Part shown: one piece after another, positions 49,128 through 61,569 of the stretch
Numbering within the stretch: position 1 is the first letter of the stretch
Layout: each line of letters begins with the position of its first letter
Source of the DNA: Marsupella aquatica
Lineage: Eukaryota > Plantae > Marchantiophyta
Direction: 5' to 3'
Assembly: GCA_973895155.1 (NCBI GenBank)
Contig: OZ316899.1
Span: 1,325,573 to 1,389,572, forward strand
DNA length: 64,000 nucleotides
Notes under the pieces: generated by a model
Told to the model about the DNA's origin: nothing
The model's input: only the letters and a program-made list of their open reading frames with translations
The model's database searches: none
Position numbers and translations under genes: made by a program

Positions 49128-51763
49128 ATGTCGCACACAATCCTTTCTAGTTTGGCCATACGATTCTGGATGCAGTTCCTATCTATCGGAGGGCACTTGG
49201 CCGACTCATTGAAACATGCCAATCCGCGCCGATACAAAATTGAACGCAAATATGAGAGAGCCATCTGCCTAGCAGGCCGCCACCACTATCTCCTTAACTT
49301 TAATTACCCATCCCAGAGCAAGCTTTACCGACCCGAAGAGATATTAGGGTACTTCTTCAACAGAGGCAAATATATCGGCTTCTGGGAGGCACTGCTTTGG
49401 CTTCCGGACGAGGTCTTCAATATCCTGGGCACGATCAACTTACAGCGGCACCACTTTGACCACATCCCCGCTTGGGTCCGGGATATCATCAACAACGAGT
49501 CCAGCACTACCCAGTCTACACTTGCTTTAGAAAACCTCTACCGGCACCTACAGAATTTCATGGCAACCGTACCATTGACTACCGGTGCCAGCCCAGCCGT
49601 GCCCGTGCCCGCACTAGCACCAGCTTAGGCTCAAGCTCAGGCTCAAGCTCAGGCTCCGCCTCAGCCTAGCCAAACCCCGCCACTAGTCGCCCCGTCCATA
49701 CTGGTGAGATCCGTCATCAATGCCGTAGATCTCAGCAACAATAAAGAGGCTACGTTACCCCTGCTCAGGCGGCCCAGAGGAGCAAACACTCAGGGAGCCG
49801 GGACTACATCGCCCCCTCCCCAGGCTCGGACCCGAGTAGCGGCTCCAGCGGACAACATGGTGACCATAGCCGCCCCGGCCCCAATACTAGTGGCGGTGGC
49901 ACTACCTATACCCGATCGAGAGGATGGGGAGGTGTCACCCTCCCCGAGCCAGTCTCGGGGAAAGAAGAGGAAGGAACCTACAGCAAGATCCGGGTTACCC
50001 ATGGCCACGGTAGCCGCAGCCAAGGTGACAATGCACCGCATGGGGGAGAACGTGCATAAGAACATCCTCCACCCCAAACATGCGGTGTACTTGAAGACTC
50101 AGGGGTTCAAGCACCTTGCCTCTCTCCCCTGGAACACCTACAGGTACTACGGGGAGGACATGACGGAGTTTGTCAAGAATTATGATGACGTCCGTCAGCA
50201 TACTTGGCTGCAGGGGAGGAATATTTCCCTCACAAAAGAGCGGCTCAGGATGATCTTTGGGCTACCCAAGGGTGATCACCGGGTCGAATCACAGGCTCCC
50301 GGGGGCAAGGGAGCCAAGTACCAATCCTCGAGTTTTCCCTCCGAGGGGTCAGTGGACAACGGGTTCATGATGAGGACCTGCCTCATCCACGAAATAGCCG
50401 AGCGGTTGGAGTTCCAGAGGTACGCCCTCCACATGATGGAACCCCGGGGCAAGATCTTCGCTGCCCAGGCTATCCAGGTTGAGAACTATGGACCTAGGAA
50501 GTGGGCATCGTACTTCGCTAAGAAGTTCCATGAAGAGATGGAGCGGCAAAGGAAGGCGCTATACATTGGCGGGAAGGCGTATTTCGCAAGCCACATCAAG
50601 ATCATTCTTGAGTGGTACGCCCGGTTTGATCAACGAACCCTTCCCCGGGTCAACGTAACTAAGTTGGACCCAGCTAGGTGGGTCTTCCCGGCCCTGGACA
50701 AACGGCCCCAACCCGAGGCCCGAAGTTTGGCGGCCATGCAGGCCTCACCCACCCCACCTCCATAAGTAGCCATAGCCGTAGTTGTGGCCAAAGTGGTACC
50801 AGACAAGGCAGTAATCGCGACCTTAGACGCAATCAACCAGGCCGGGCCGAGAGTAGAAGTCAAAGCGGTAGAAGACTTGGCTGAGCCCGAGGGTCCAGAA
50901 GACCCACCGGTGGCTATTCCGGAGGACAGGACGATGATGGAGGAAGACACTCCAGCCCCTTCCAACCCTACATCCCCAGGGCTGGATGTCACTACCCGGC
51001 CCCTGCGCGAGTTAACGTCTGCCGGTGCCCAAATCCGGACGGGCACAAACTGGACCACCCGGAACTCTTCATACCGGGTACATTTTTTAACAGGCTTTTG
51101 GGAGATTTCTCCCAACAGATTGTCCGGGATACCGGGGAGTTCATGGCCCAAAAGGTAGCCTACTTCTTCAATCATGAGTTGGTTACCGCAGTAAAGGCAG
51201 GTTGGGCCCAGTCGAAGGCCTCTCAAAGGATAGAGCGGTACCGGGTTGAGTCCGTGTACCTAAAGGATGAAGTTGCAGCTCAAGAGGCTAAGCTTCTGCA
51301 ACTACGACCCAAGGTTGCAGCCGCCGATGAGTTGTTAGCAAATGCGCACGCCCTTACCGCCCTAGCTGAATAGGCCAAAGCTGGGAAGGAGGCTGAGATT
51401 TCACGGCTCCGAACCCAGGTTGACAATTTAAAGTACCAAACTGTCATCTGGCAGAAAGACCTGGAGGAGGCCGAAGAGCGGGCCTAGCGTGACACTGCGG
51501 AGATTGCCACCTTGCAGACCAAAGTGGCATGGCTTCAAGCCAAAGCCAAGAAACAGACCCAGGTGGTGGACAAGCTGACGAGCAACACCCAGCAACTGGA
51601 AGAGGCATGCCAGGAGGCAGCTGAGGAGACGGACGCGATGAAGCGAAAGAATGAATCTCTGCTAGACCAAGTCCAGCTCCTCAAGATGGACAACGACAGA
51701 CTCCGTAGGCAGTGGGATGGCCGCTCCCACTCGGACGGCTCTAGCAAGCGCACCAGGCATTAG
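49128..51763 (+). pseudogene. Family-1 unit-encoded protein, copy C
   Basis: ORFs 49128-49628, 49704-50765, 50784-51158, 51098-51373 and 51512-51763 are colinear with copies A and B. Confidence 0.85.
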
Positions 51764-52795
51764 TAGAGGGTTAGGCTTAGAATAGAACTAGGAGTAGCTA
51801 AAACAGGCTGTTAGGACAAGCGCCGACCAGAAGATAGCGACGCTGACACATTAGCCAGCCTGTGTAGAATAGGTTAGACTAATAGGACAAGCCGTAACCA
51901 GCTTAGCAAGGATATAAGTTAGCGTAGATTTGGGCACGAGGCCAGGCTGGTCCTCAGCCCTGAGTATTTAGCAACCCCCGGTAGAGGCAAGGGGGGGATT
52001 TTAGACTCAGAAGTTGGCCATTCACGGTACGCGTGGGGAGTCCCAAACTCGATGAAGTACCGGAGTGCCAAGGGGAGGGTATACAACTAAGCTTGTTGGG
52101 CGAGTGCGGAGCCGGGCTCCATTGTAGTGTATGCTCCTCGGCCTTGGGCATTCGTTCACGAGGTGTCGGGTCAACCAATCGTAAGTGTATGATCATAAAT
52201 GAATGAAATCCTTTCCCCTCAATTCCTTCGTGTAAATCAAGATTTATGTTTATGTGTAAATGCATGTATGAGTCTCGTGTGCAAGTATCAATGTCGGGCC
52301 GAACACGTTATGCCAAGCATGCACGGGGTGCAGGTTATGGATACGGGGTTGCAAGCCGGGGTTGAGCACTTGTACTAATGGATCCGGATCAAAGGCGGTA
52401 ACACAAAGGCTTAGAAGTCCGTAAGCCGGGGTTGACTCCGTGTCGACTAAGGTACGTTCCGGTGGCGGAACACAACCTATACCTAGGAGGTGTTTGTACA
52501 TAACAGTACACGCACTTAGCGCTAGTTTACGTGAGTGAGTTAGGAGCATTCCGTGCATCCCTCCCTGCCCGAACTCTCATATTTACAAAGGATGTGCCTG
52601 TCTAAGCCAAAGCCCAGGTTAAGGCCTAGGCTGACGACGTGACAGCGGCGCGCAACAAAATAAGGCACCGCGGAGAGGCAAGGCGGCTGTGACTTAGGGC
52701 ACAGAGGAAACAACAAATAGTGAATAGTGATTTTCCCGTCAATTGCGGCATGTTTGGCGCATGACTTGAGCAAAGAGAGTCTTGGTGGGGAGGCG

Positions 52796-53106
52796 CCCAC
52801 AACCCACGGCCTGTGGCCTCTTGTAGTTTGGTTGCGTGGGTAGTCACCCACAGCCCACGGCCTATGGCCTCTCATAGTTTGGTTGTGTGGGTTGGCACCC
52901 ACAGCCCACGGCCTGTGGCCTCTTGTAGTTTTGGTTGCGTGGGTAGTCACCCACAGCCCACGGCTTGTGGCCTCTCATAGTTTGGTTGTGTAATTTGGCA
53001 CCCACAGTCCACGGCCTGTGGCCTCTTGTAGTTTGGTTGCGTGGGTAGTCACCCACAGCCCATGGCTTGTGGCCGATTCATCTTGGTTGTGTGGGTTGGC
53101 ACCCAC
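52796..53106 (+). repeat. ~51-bp tandem array, left part (6 units plus start of a 7th)
   Basis: CCCACAGCCCACGGCCTGTGGCC.. units alternating two tail subtypes; interrupted by 53107-57818. Confidence 0.92.
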
Positions 53107-56100
53107 TGTGGTGCGTCCCATGGCTCCCCAAACCCAAGAAACCCCCCGCACAAGCCGATTCCCGCAGGTTTCATCCTCGACAAGGCCGTTTCCGCGGCTT
53201 AGCGGCATGGGACGCTGCTAATCTCCTCTACTACTACTATTAACATTTTACACACATATACTGGCCAGATCCTTCATCGGGTCATGAGATACTTAGCTGG
53301 CCTATTCTAGGCCCTCCCTTGTATTCCTCTCCTGGTCTTCCATTAGGTATGTTTGGATTCCGCCGCCGGAATGATCCCCAATTGGCTTGGTTAAGCCGCT
53401 AAGACCTCTCTCAGCTCAACACATCCAACTCTCACTCCCTTGCTACTTCCCTTCATTGATGTGGGCACTCTTCACACAAGTTAATGCGACACACAAATAG
53501 CAAAATGACTCCTTTTGATTGAGTTATACCATGCACTTGCCATACAAACAGTACATCTCATACACAAGCTCTACGAACTAAGCCGTGAGGCCAACTCTAT
53601 TTAGTTCTTAGGCATGAGGAAACATGAATATACACAAGGGTCACTGTATAACTAATCGAGAGCTTCTCTTACTACTTGATCCCAGCCCTACTGGTGCAAC
53701 TAAAAACTTGCTAAAGAAGAGGCCCTGAACTCCCCGCAGCCCAGGTACTTATCCTGGTTGTGGATCCACCTAATTCCCTTCAGCGTAAGCCTAATCTACT
53801 TATCTGTAATCTACCTAAAAGTAATCTACCTATGTACAGCGAGGCAGGAGCACAAATGTCGCCCTTACTTGTGGATCCGCAATCCCACTAATCTAAGTGT
53901 CAGGGCCATCTCCTGGTCCTGATCCTTAGTCTAAACTTGGAGATCAGCGCCCGCCCTGCCCACTCACGCCTCCTACCTCCACGTCCGCCCTCCCTAAAAG
54001 GGACGGCTCCCTTACACCGTCACGACCCTGGTGGCTGGGCCTCAATGGACGCCCCCAACGCTTCCTCCGTAGCCACTGCCGTTGGTCCGTCCTTTGACAA
54101 ATTACCTACCCCGGACCTTAACTCTTCATCGGCCTGACTGGGTCCACCTTTGGCTTCGGTCTCAGCATCAGCCACGGCCTCCCCGGCATGTTCTAGTGGA
54201 GGATCTGGTACCTTGGCTTCATTACTGGTTGTCCCGGCCTCGGCCTTGCCATCCCCACTTCCTAGGATTGGTGGATCCACCGCCTTGTCGATGCCGGAGG
54301 TTGGTGTCGGGTTTATCTTCTTGGTCACAATGGCTTGAGAAGCCGTATAACTCCCAGACCCAGAAGATTTCCGCTTCTTCTTCTTCCCTATTTTGACAGC
54401 TGGTCCCTTCCCCTTGCTACCTACCTCCGGCACCGGGGCGTGTGTATCGGCTTGTCTTTCGGCCAGTGCCCCTCCTGGTAACGGAGTTCCCACAATTGGA
54501 GTTGGACCAGATGAAGCTAAGCACTTAAATATTGCGGCCTGTTTCTTCAGCCGCTCCGTTTGGTTGTCGGCCCGCCGTTGTAAGTTCTCCATCTTCCTGG
54601 TGGTTTCCTCCAACTCCTCCTGGGCTTCCTCCAGGTCCTTCTGTCCCTCCTGCAGCTCCTTTCTGGCTTCTTCCAATTCCAATTTTAAGGTAGCCCTCTC
54701 CTCCTGGGTTGCTCTTAGCTCCTTGTCGAGCTCTGCTACGACCTCAGACTCCATCTTATTCATCTTGGCATAAGTCTGGTCGAGCTGGTCGTCCTTTTCA
54801 TGCAGGTCGGCCTTGAAGCTGGCGGTCAAGGACGCAAGCTCCTGTTGCAGCGCAATAATCCCTTGATAGGATATCCCTAACTCGGCTTCCTTCTGCTCAA
54901 GGGCTCCGCGAATATCCTTGAGCTCTCCTTTCAACGCCCTCTCCCTTCTCTGAGTCTCCGCCATGGCCCGGTTGTTGGCGGTTATGTGGGCCTCCTCTGC
55001 GTCCCTCGGCTCCTGCTTCCACTTTTCCCTGTCCTTGACCGCGCTGGCCAACTCTCCTTGGGTCCGAGTCAGTTTATCCTTGATAATCTGATTGCCAGAC
55101 TGAGTGGCATCCAATTGTCCTTGCATGATGTTTAGCTCATGCCGCTTAATCCGCAGCTCATCTTGGGCTTTCTTGGCCGCCTGCAGGACTTCCACCTCTG
55201 CTTCCTTCTCCCTAAGCCGTCGGATGACCTCATCCTTCTTGCTTCTCTCCAAAGCCATTGCTTCTTCTAATCGGTGCTTCTCCAACATCTCCCTCTGGAA
55301 AAAAGGTCCCTGCTCCAACTCCTCCCCAAAGATGCTGAGCGCCAGGTCCCCACACATCTCCCCGTACTCCATGGCTCTATCTTTAGCATAGGTGGAGTAA
55401 GTAGAAGTCATCGGCATCAACCACCTCGGCCTCTGTTCCCAAGCCGCCTTGCGGATTTCTTCTACGGTGGCAAGAGGGTTGCTTCTTTTCTTGGCAAGCC
55501 GCCTGATGTCCTCCGGCCAATCTCCTCCTGGTAAATCTTTCTCCCTAACCAAGGCTGCTTTCTCTTCCTCCCTAAGTCGCTCCTGAAATTCTTGTGCCGT
55601 CTGCTTAATGCCGTCAAAGCTCGGGGGAGCAACCTCTGGTGGGGGAGACTCGGGGCTACTCTGCTGGGTGGGGTCCCCTCGAACTACTCTTGGAAGCGTG
55701 GGGATAAATCGGCCACAAGTCCTTACTCCTGGAACATGATGATCCGACCCATAGCCGGAGTTATCATTGCTGTAGTCCTCCACTGCCTCCTCCACTGCTT
55801 GGACTCCCGGCTTCCCCCTCTGTTCCCCTGGTCCTGCCATGAAAATGGCCTCACAGATCACGGGCTCTTGTTCCTCCTCTGGGTTCCAGGCTGTCCTCTC
55901 CCTCTGCTCTCCGCGGGAAGGAGCCTTAGGCTGCTCTGCCTCCGATTCGGGGCTTGAGGCTCCCACATACATTCGCACTCCCGGCTTGTGTTCCGGCCTC
56001 CTTCTCTCCTTGGCTCCGGTAAAGGGGTTGTCCCTCCTGAGTCGGCTTAGGCCGGCCTCTGGGGCAGTGTCCTATACCGGTGCCGTTGCCGTTGTTGGTG

Positions 56101-57818
56101 CTGTTCTCTCCTTCTCCAGCATTTTCAGCAGATTCTGCATGCCTGATTGCTGCATCGGCAAGTCTTCTTTCCTTGGCCAAAACACCTGCTTGATCGTAGG
56201 ACTGGCAGGCTGGTTGGGCTCTTCTGTTGCCGGCCTCTGCTCCGGAACCTCCTTCGGTGCCCTTGCCGATAGGGGAAGTACTGGGGCAAAGATTTGACTT
56301 CTGGCATACCAGCACAACAGCGGCATGTGATAGCCAAGCCGGGACACGCTTCCCACGCCGATCACCTGCTGTTCCTCCTTCAAGATCTTCTTCAGTTGGT
56401 TGAGGAGGTACCCGTTGTAATCCCGGCTTGGGTCTGGCCTTTCTGCCAAGTAGACCTGAGCCTTGCCGATCTCTGCCCTCGGCAAGTTACAATGCATGGT
56501 CACCCACAAGAAATCGATCATCTCTCCGATGTGTGGGTTGGTGCAGGTGTTCCGGAAGAAGCCATTCTTCATTGATGGTCCTGGGAACGACCGGAACTCC
56601 TTGTCAGGTAAGGTCTTCCTGGTATCAACCTTGGTCTTATTACCCATCGGCAAGCCAAACACCTCGGCAATCACCCAGGGAGTGAGATAGAAATCCTTCC
56701 CATACACCCTCGTGGAATTGGTCTCGGGTTCCCATGATCCCACAAATTCTAATAAGTCTGAGTCCGGCACCTCCGGCTTCAGCCATGGTAATCTTACGAA
56801 GGTTTCCAAGCCGGATCCGGCCATGAAGCCCTGGTACTTCTTGGTCTGCATGGCCGTAAAGCATGCATCCTCCTCCCATGCAAAATGTAATTGCACTTCC
56901 TCTGGCAGGGTCGCCACCCAGCCTTTCCAGGTGTCATCCCTTGTTGGAATGGCATTGATGGGATCGACCTCCTCCTCTTCGGCTTCTCCCTGCCTCCTGT
57001 TCTGCTGCTCTGCTGGTTTCCTTGGTGTCGCCGACCTCATCTTTTTGCCGGGGTGGCCTCTTCGTTGTTGTTTCCTTTCCTCTTCATCTCGGCTGCCGTG
57101 GATGTTTCTCCTAGCATAGTTGCCTTTGTCCACCCTTCCGTGCTACCATTCAACTCCCAGTGCGCGTCGTTGCAGCGGTTGATGGCTTCTCAAATGCCGA
57201 CGATTCTGTCTTTGCAAAATAGAAGGTCATCGAGCTGATTGGCAGTAGGAGTCCACAAGAACTCGGCCTTGATGAGTTCTCCTCCTAAGAAGGCAAACTT
57301 CTACAGCTCCCACAGTCGAGCAAGCTCCTGCCGTTCTCGAGCTGCTCTCTCCGATTCTTCATCCTCGTAAGTCCCAATGTACTCAGTTGCCCGTTCGAAC
57401 AGGCATCCCCAAAAATGTGCCACGTGATTGACGTTGCTCATACCCTCCTTGACTCGATCGTTGGTATCTATTCCCACCCACAGTGCTTGCCTAAGCAGCT
57501 GATAGTATTTGGCCTCCCGTAGTCGTCTGCCCAGTTTTTGCTTGCAATTGAGCCACCATTCCTCGCGAGCGGTCCTTACCCCTCTCCTCCTCTGGTCTTC
57601 CCTCCCGTTGGTCACCCCTAGCCGCCGACACTTAGCGTGCCCTAACCCTAATCGTGTTCTCTCCCCCGACGTCCTTACTTCCGGCCTCGGTCCGGGTTCC
57701 ATAGTCACCCTTAATTGTTTATATTTTCCTTGTCTTGTTACTATACTAAGGTGTTTCCAGGGTACACTCCTGCTTTTACCATGTAAACCGGCCTAGTGAT
57801 TCCTGGCTAGGCATCACA
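53107..57818 (-). mobile_element. Giant (4712 bp) solo-LTR-like unit, family 2, copy E
   Basis: TGTGATGC...GCACCACA (minus strand), perfect TSD CCCAC (53102-53106 / 57819-57823), no gag/pol, no terminal direct repeats. Confidence 0.92.
54020..57708 (-). pseudogene. Family-2 unit-encoded protein (~1200 codons reconstructed) with LPW/FGLPxG domain and long coiled coil
   Basis: 57133-56072 and 55978-54020 are in the same frame separated by one stop; 57301-57708 supplies the N-terminus. Confidence 0.85.
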
Positions 57819-58042
57819 CCCACAGCCACGGCCTGTGGCCTCTTGCGGTTTGGTTGCGTGGGTAGTCACCCCCAGCCCACGGCCTGTGGCCGATTCATCT
57901 TGGTGGTGTAGGTTGGCACCTACAGCCCACGGCCTGTGGCCTCTTGCAGTTTGGTTGCGTGGGTAGTCACCCACAGCCCACGGCCTGTGGCCGATTCATC
58001 TTGTTTGTGTGGGTAGGTACCCACAGCCCACGGTCTGTGGCC
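57819..58042 (+). repeat. ~51-bp tandem array, right part
   Basis: Continuation of 52796-53106; about 11 units in total. Confidence 0.92.
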
Positions 58043-58059
58043 TAGGGTTCTGGAATCAC

Positions 58060-59621
58060 GAAGTCTTCCAATAATGCAAAGCTACTTGGTGAACAACGGA
58101 CCGGTTTCACTCGAAGTGGAGTGCAGTTTCGGCCAACAACATACGTAGTGTGATATGCAAACGATGCGTAATGCCACATTGTTTACACCTTTCATGACAT
58201 GGAAAGGGTTATTTCAGCATTTGGAGGGTCCACCCATGGATGATTACCATGAGTTTCGGAAGACCCATTTGGCTGATATTGAGATATGGAGACAACATTG
58301 GTCACCAAACTATGTGTCCATCACTTACGGCACAAGTGCAGTTCTCAACCTGTTGCCCCGGCTGTTGCTTCTTCTAGTAGCACTAGCCAGAGTGGCACTC
58401 CACCAGTATCCACTATTACTCCTACCGGTGAAATTGTGGGTGGGAGTGGAGTTGTGCCAACATTTAACCTTGTGGTGAAGTTCTTTGATGTGTTGAAGCA
58501 GAACTACCAGGGTGTGAGAACTGATAAGTTGAAGGGTCTTCAAGATTTTCAGCGCAAGACTGGAGAGCGTCTACGCGAAGCATACACTTGTATGCAAAGA
58601 TTAATTACAGTCACCAAGGGAGTGACAGAGGCCCAAGCAGTTCAATTTTGGTATGCAATTTTAGATAGAGAGTTGCGGCGTAGAGTAAGAGACGCCACTC
58701 TGTTGAGGGATTCAGATCCCACATTGGCTATTGTTTTTGCACGAGCGCATTGAACTCAATATGGTGAATGAGAAGGTGGTGACTTCCGGATTTGTCAAGG
58801 AAGGCTCACCAAAGGTTGCATCTACACCCACACTGCAACCTACTGTAAGGAAGAGCCAGAGGGAGAAGCCTACAACACGGGAATCTACTAGTCAGAGACC
58901 TATGCCCTCCTATGCTGGATAGCAATCAGGATGTTGGACTTGTGGTGGGGATCATGCACAAAGATATTGCCCGGATAATAGAGGGTCCGGAGGGGCATCT
59001 ATGCCCGATCAACGATTATGTGATCATTGTGTAGTTTCTGGTCACACCAAGGATAGGTGTTTTATACTCCATCCTGAACTACGACGGGGAGGATCGCGTA
59101 CGTATGATCAGGGAAGAGGAGGTAGAGGTGGTGGTCGTGGCCGTGGTATGCCATATGCAGGGAGACATGGAGGTGATGCTCCTGCCACTATCATAGATCC
59201 AAAGGATGCAAAGATTGCTCAATTGGAGCAACAACTAGCTGCCATGGCCAGTTCTCAAGTTAGACCCACTTCTGGTGATGGAGCTTCTACATCTTATGGA
59301 GCTAACGGAGACTTGGCCACCATGGGATTCATGTGTGGCACTGCCCATGTTGATGCATTGGCAGCTTTGACTCAAGGAGCAACCAAAGCCCTTGAGCCCC
59401 GAGGAGCAATGGTAGAGTTGGATCCTCAAAGGGGGGAATCTCGTCGTCAAACAAAGCTTCCCCAATCGTTTACATTGTTAGAGGCAGTTCAAACTACCTC
59501 TATGAACCCGGTTAAGACAAATCCAAGTGTGGATAAGTTGGTGGAATCGGATGATGTTGCAACAAGGATGGCAAGTACCTTGATGGGGGCGGCCACAAAT
59601 ATTGTGCCTGATGTCGGATGA
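58060..59621 (+). pseudogene. gag: Ty3/gypsy-type gag with two Cys/His knuckles, truncated before protease
   Basis: ..KLKGLQDFQRKTGERLREAY.. gag-like core; CWTCGGDHAQRYC and CDHCVVSGHTKDRC knuckles; RGG-rich nucleocapsid segment. Confidence 0.7.
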
Positions 59622-60644
59622 ATGAGCTTTTAGGCTTGTTGGAAAGATATTGGAAAGGGCTACATGAAGAATTTTGGAGCCGACTAAAACAAAGAAGTTG
59701 AAAATATCTCAAACCGATTCTCCGAGATATTTTGGCACTTGCCTTTTAAATCATTTTTACACCTCTTTCCTTCATTTGAGCTTTTACATTGGTTAAGTAG
59801 GAATAGAATACCAGGTGACTCATTTAGTCACCCTTAGAAATTTAGATTTCAAAAGGTCTTAGTTATCTCACCTTTTTAAGTCCCCATGTTTAGATAGGAA
59901 TAGATCTTAGTCCTTTAGGAATCTTTGGGCATCTCAGACCATTAAGGGAGCCTATACTTGGACTCCCAAGACTATTTTCAATGTCTTTTCTTCCACATTG
60001 ATTTTTGACCAAGTTGTGGGTCTTTCTCTCATGCCAAATTGGGCTTAGGAGAGAGAATCAAATGAAGGAGAATTGCACCATCATCTAGATAGAATTCAAG
60101 CATTTCATGCACCAATTTAAACATTCAAGTTTTGGATGTATAATATAAAGCAGCAAGTCCGGTGGTCCTGATTCTGACAATTGTGATAAGGGAGCGGCCC
60201 GCTGCCGCCGCACCTTCGGAATCTATCGATGATTTGTGGAGAGCTTGAATTAGAGATAGAGAATAGAATAGAATTGAATGAATGAATAAGGCAAGTCTTT
60301 GAAATCTAGTAAATAAGGGAATTATATTGACTCCTACAACATAAAACCGATCACCATTGGTGTATAAGGAAGTTGAAGAGAAGAGAAAACCTGCTTATCT
60401 ATTGAGAAGAAGGAGAGCCTAAGGAATTTCATTGTAGGATTTGTGACATAAAAAGCATTTCAGGATTCTGTTACCAAAACAGTAAAGAAATCACTTTAGG
60501 ATTTCAAATCACTTAAAACCTGAGTAAATCGTTTTACTTATTCCTTACGGGAACGAATCTTGGTGTTTTAGAGATAATTTGTATAAATATGATGTTGTTC
60601 TACTTACCACATGAATGCTCATTATTGACTAAACTTTTCCTAAA

Positions 60645-60765
60645 CATCATGACTAGCTAATTTGTGTCATTATGCTAATAACTATGGATTTCTAAGTCTA
60701 CTTCGTATGTGCTTAGCACGGGTTAAACCATTTTACTCATTACCAGCCGTGCTGGTGGCGTCACA
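60645..60765 (-). repeat. LTR tip related to the family-1 terminus
   Basis: Minus strand starts TGTGACGCCACCAGCACGGC..TAATGAGT..TTATTAGCATAA, homologous to the start of copies A and B; matching left end and TSD not found. Confidence 0.6.
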
Positions 60766-61569
60766 GTGACAATCGGATTTGAGGGCCTAGGCATGAGCAC
60801 TAGTTTGGCTTGATCACAACAGGCTAAGGCACTCGGCTTGAAGACGCCTAACTAGAAAGTCATGGGCATTGCGAGTTGGTGGCGCGCCCAAACATGCGGG
60901 TTGGGGTCCAGGTGGGGGGCAAAAATTTGGGGACCAAAGTTGGTCAGGGGTGGTAGGTCTCCATAAGCATATATGAGGGTAGTGGTGTCTCCCTGGGGGC
61001 TAAGGGCGAGCCAAAGTCGTGAGCTACGACGGTCGCGACACTAAGGGAAAATGCCAAACGGAAATGACAATAACTTCACAATGGGAAGTCCGTTGGAGGA
61101 CTTCTTGGGTGCGTTAGAAAGATCTCAAGGAGGATTACATCCTCCTGAGCTCAATGGGGTCTAGGGGTGCCAAAGGTTCTTGGGGCTTATTGGGGCCATC
61201 TTGCATGCTTGCCAAATACACACCATGCAATTTATCTAGGGCTGGCTAAATTGCTAAGTGCGGAGAGGAGGAGACAAGTTCAAAGTTGGCGCAAGGAGTG
61301 AACTAGTGAGGCAAAGGTAGGGAAAGCTTGCCTTTTCTACTCCTGTAGTGCATCAAACAATCGGCTCCTCCTGTTTGTGATAGCCAAGCTTATCACCCCC
61401 GAGGCTTACCGATCACTCCTCTAGTCCAAGTCAGAGCTTGCCATAGATTCGATACCGGATCAGTTATACGGATCTGAGGCTGACAGCCATAACACGCTCC
61501 TAATCCGGTGGTACGTCAAGTGCCATACCGCCAACCCAAGCGTGAACTCCCATCATTACTGGCCTAATC

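Larger units (their letters stand above)
44806..52644 (+). mobile_element. Head-to-tail pair of family-1 giant LTR-like units (copy B 44806-49067, copy C 49068-52644) inside one TSD
   Basis: TGTGACG at 44806; CGTGACA at 49067 and 52644; TSD GCGGC (44801-44805 / 52645-52649); copy C lacks the first ~404 bp; nothing lies between B and C. Confidence 0.9.

Noticed and set aside
19744-57818. Numerous overlapping antisense or alternative-frame ORFs in the GC-rich units (e.g. 21306-21899, 50630-51226, 54393-54773)
   Set aside because: Expected shadows of GC-rich coding sequence; no independent motifs.
52796-58042. CRISPR-like appearance of the hairpin repeat array
   Set aside because: The segments between cores are recurring subtypes rather than unique spacers, there are no cas genes, and the context is a plant retrotransposon.
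59900-60600. Organellar DNA insertion
   Set aside because: AT-rich, but no plastid or mitochondrial gene, rRNA or tRNA could be recognised.
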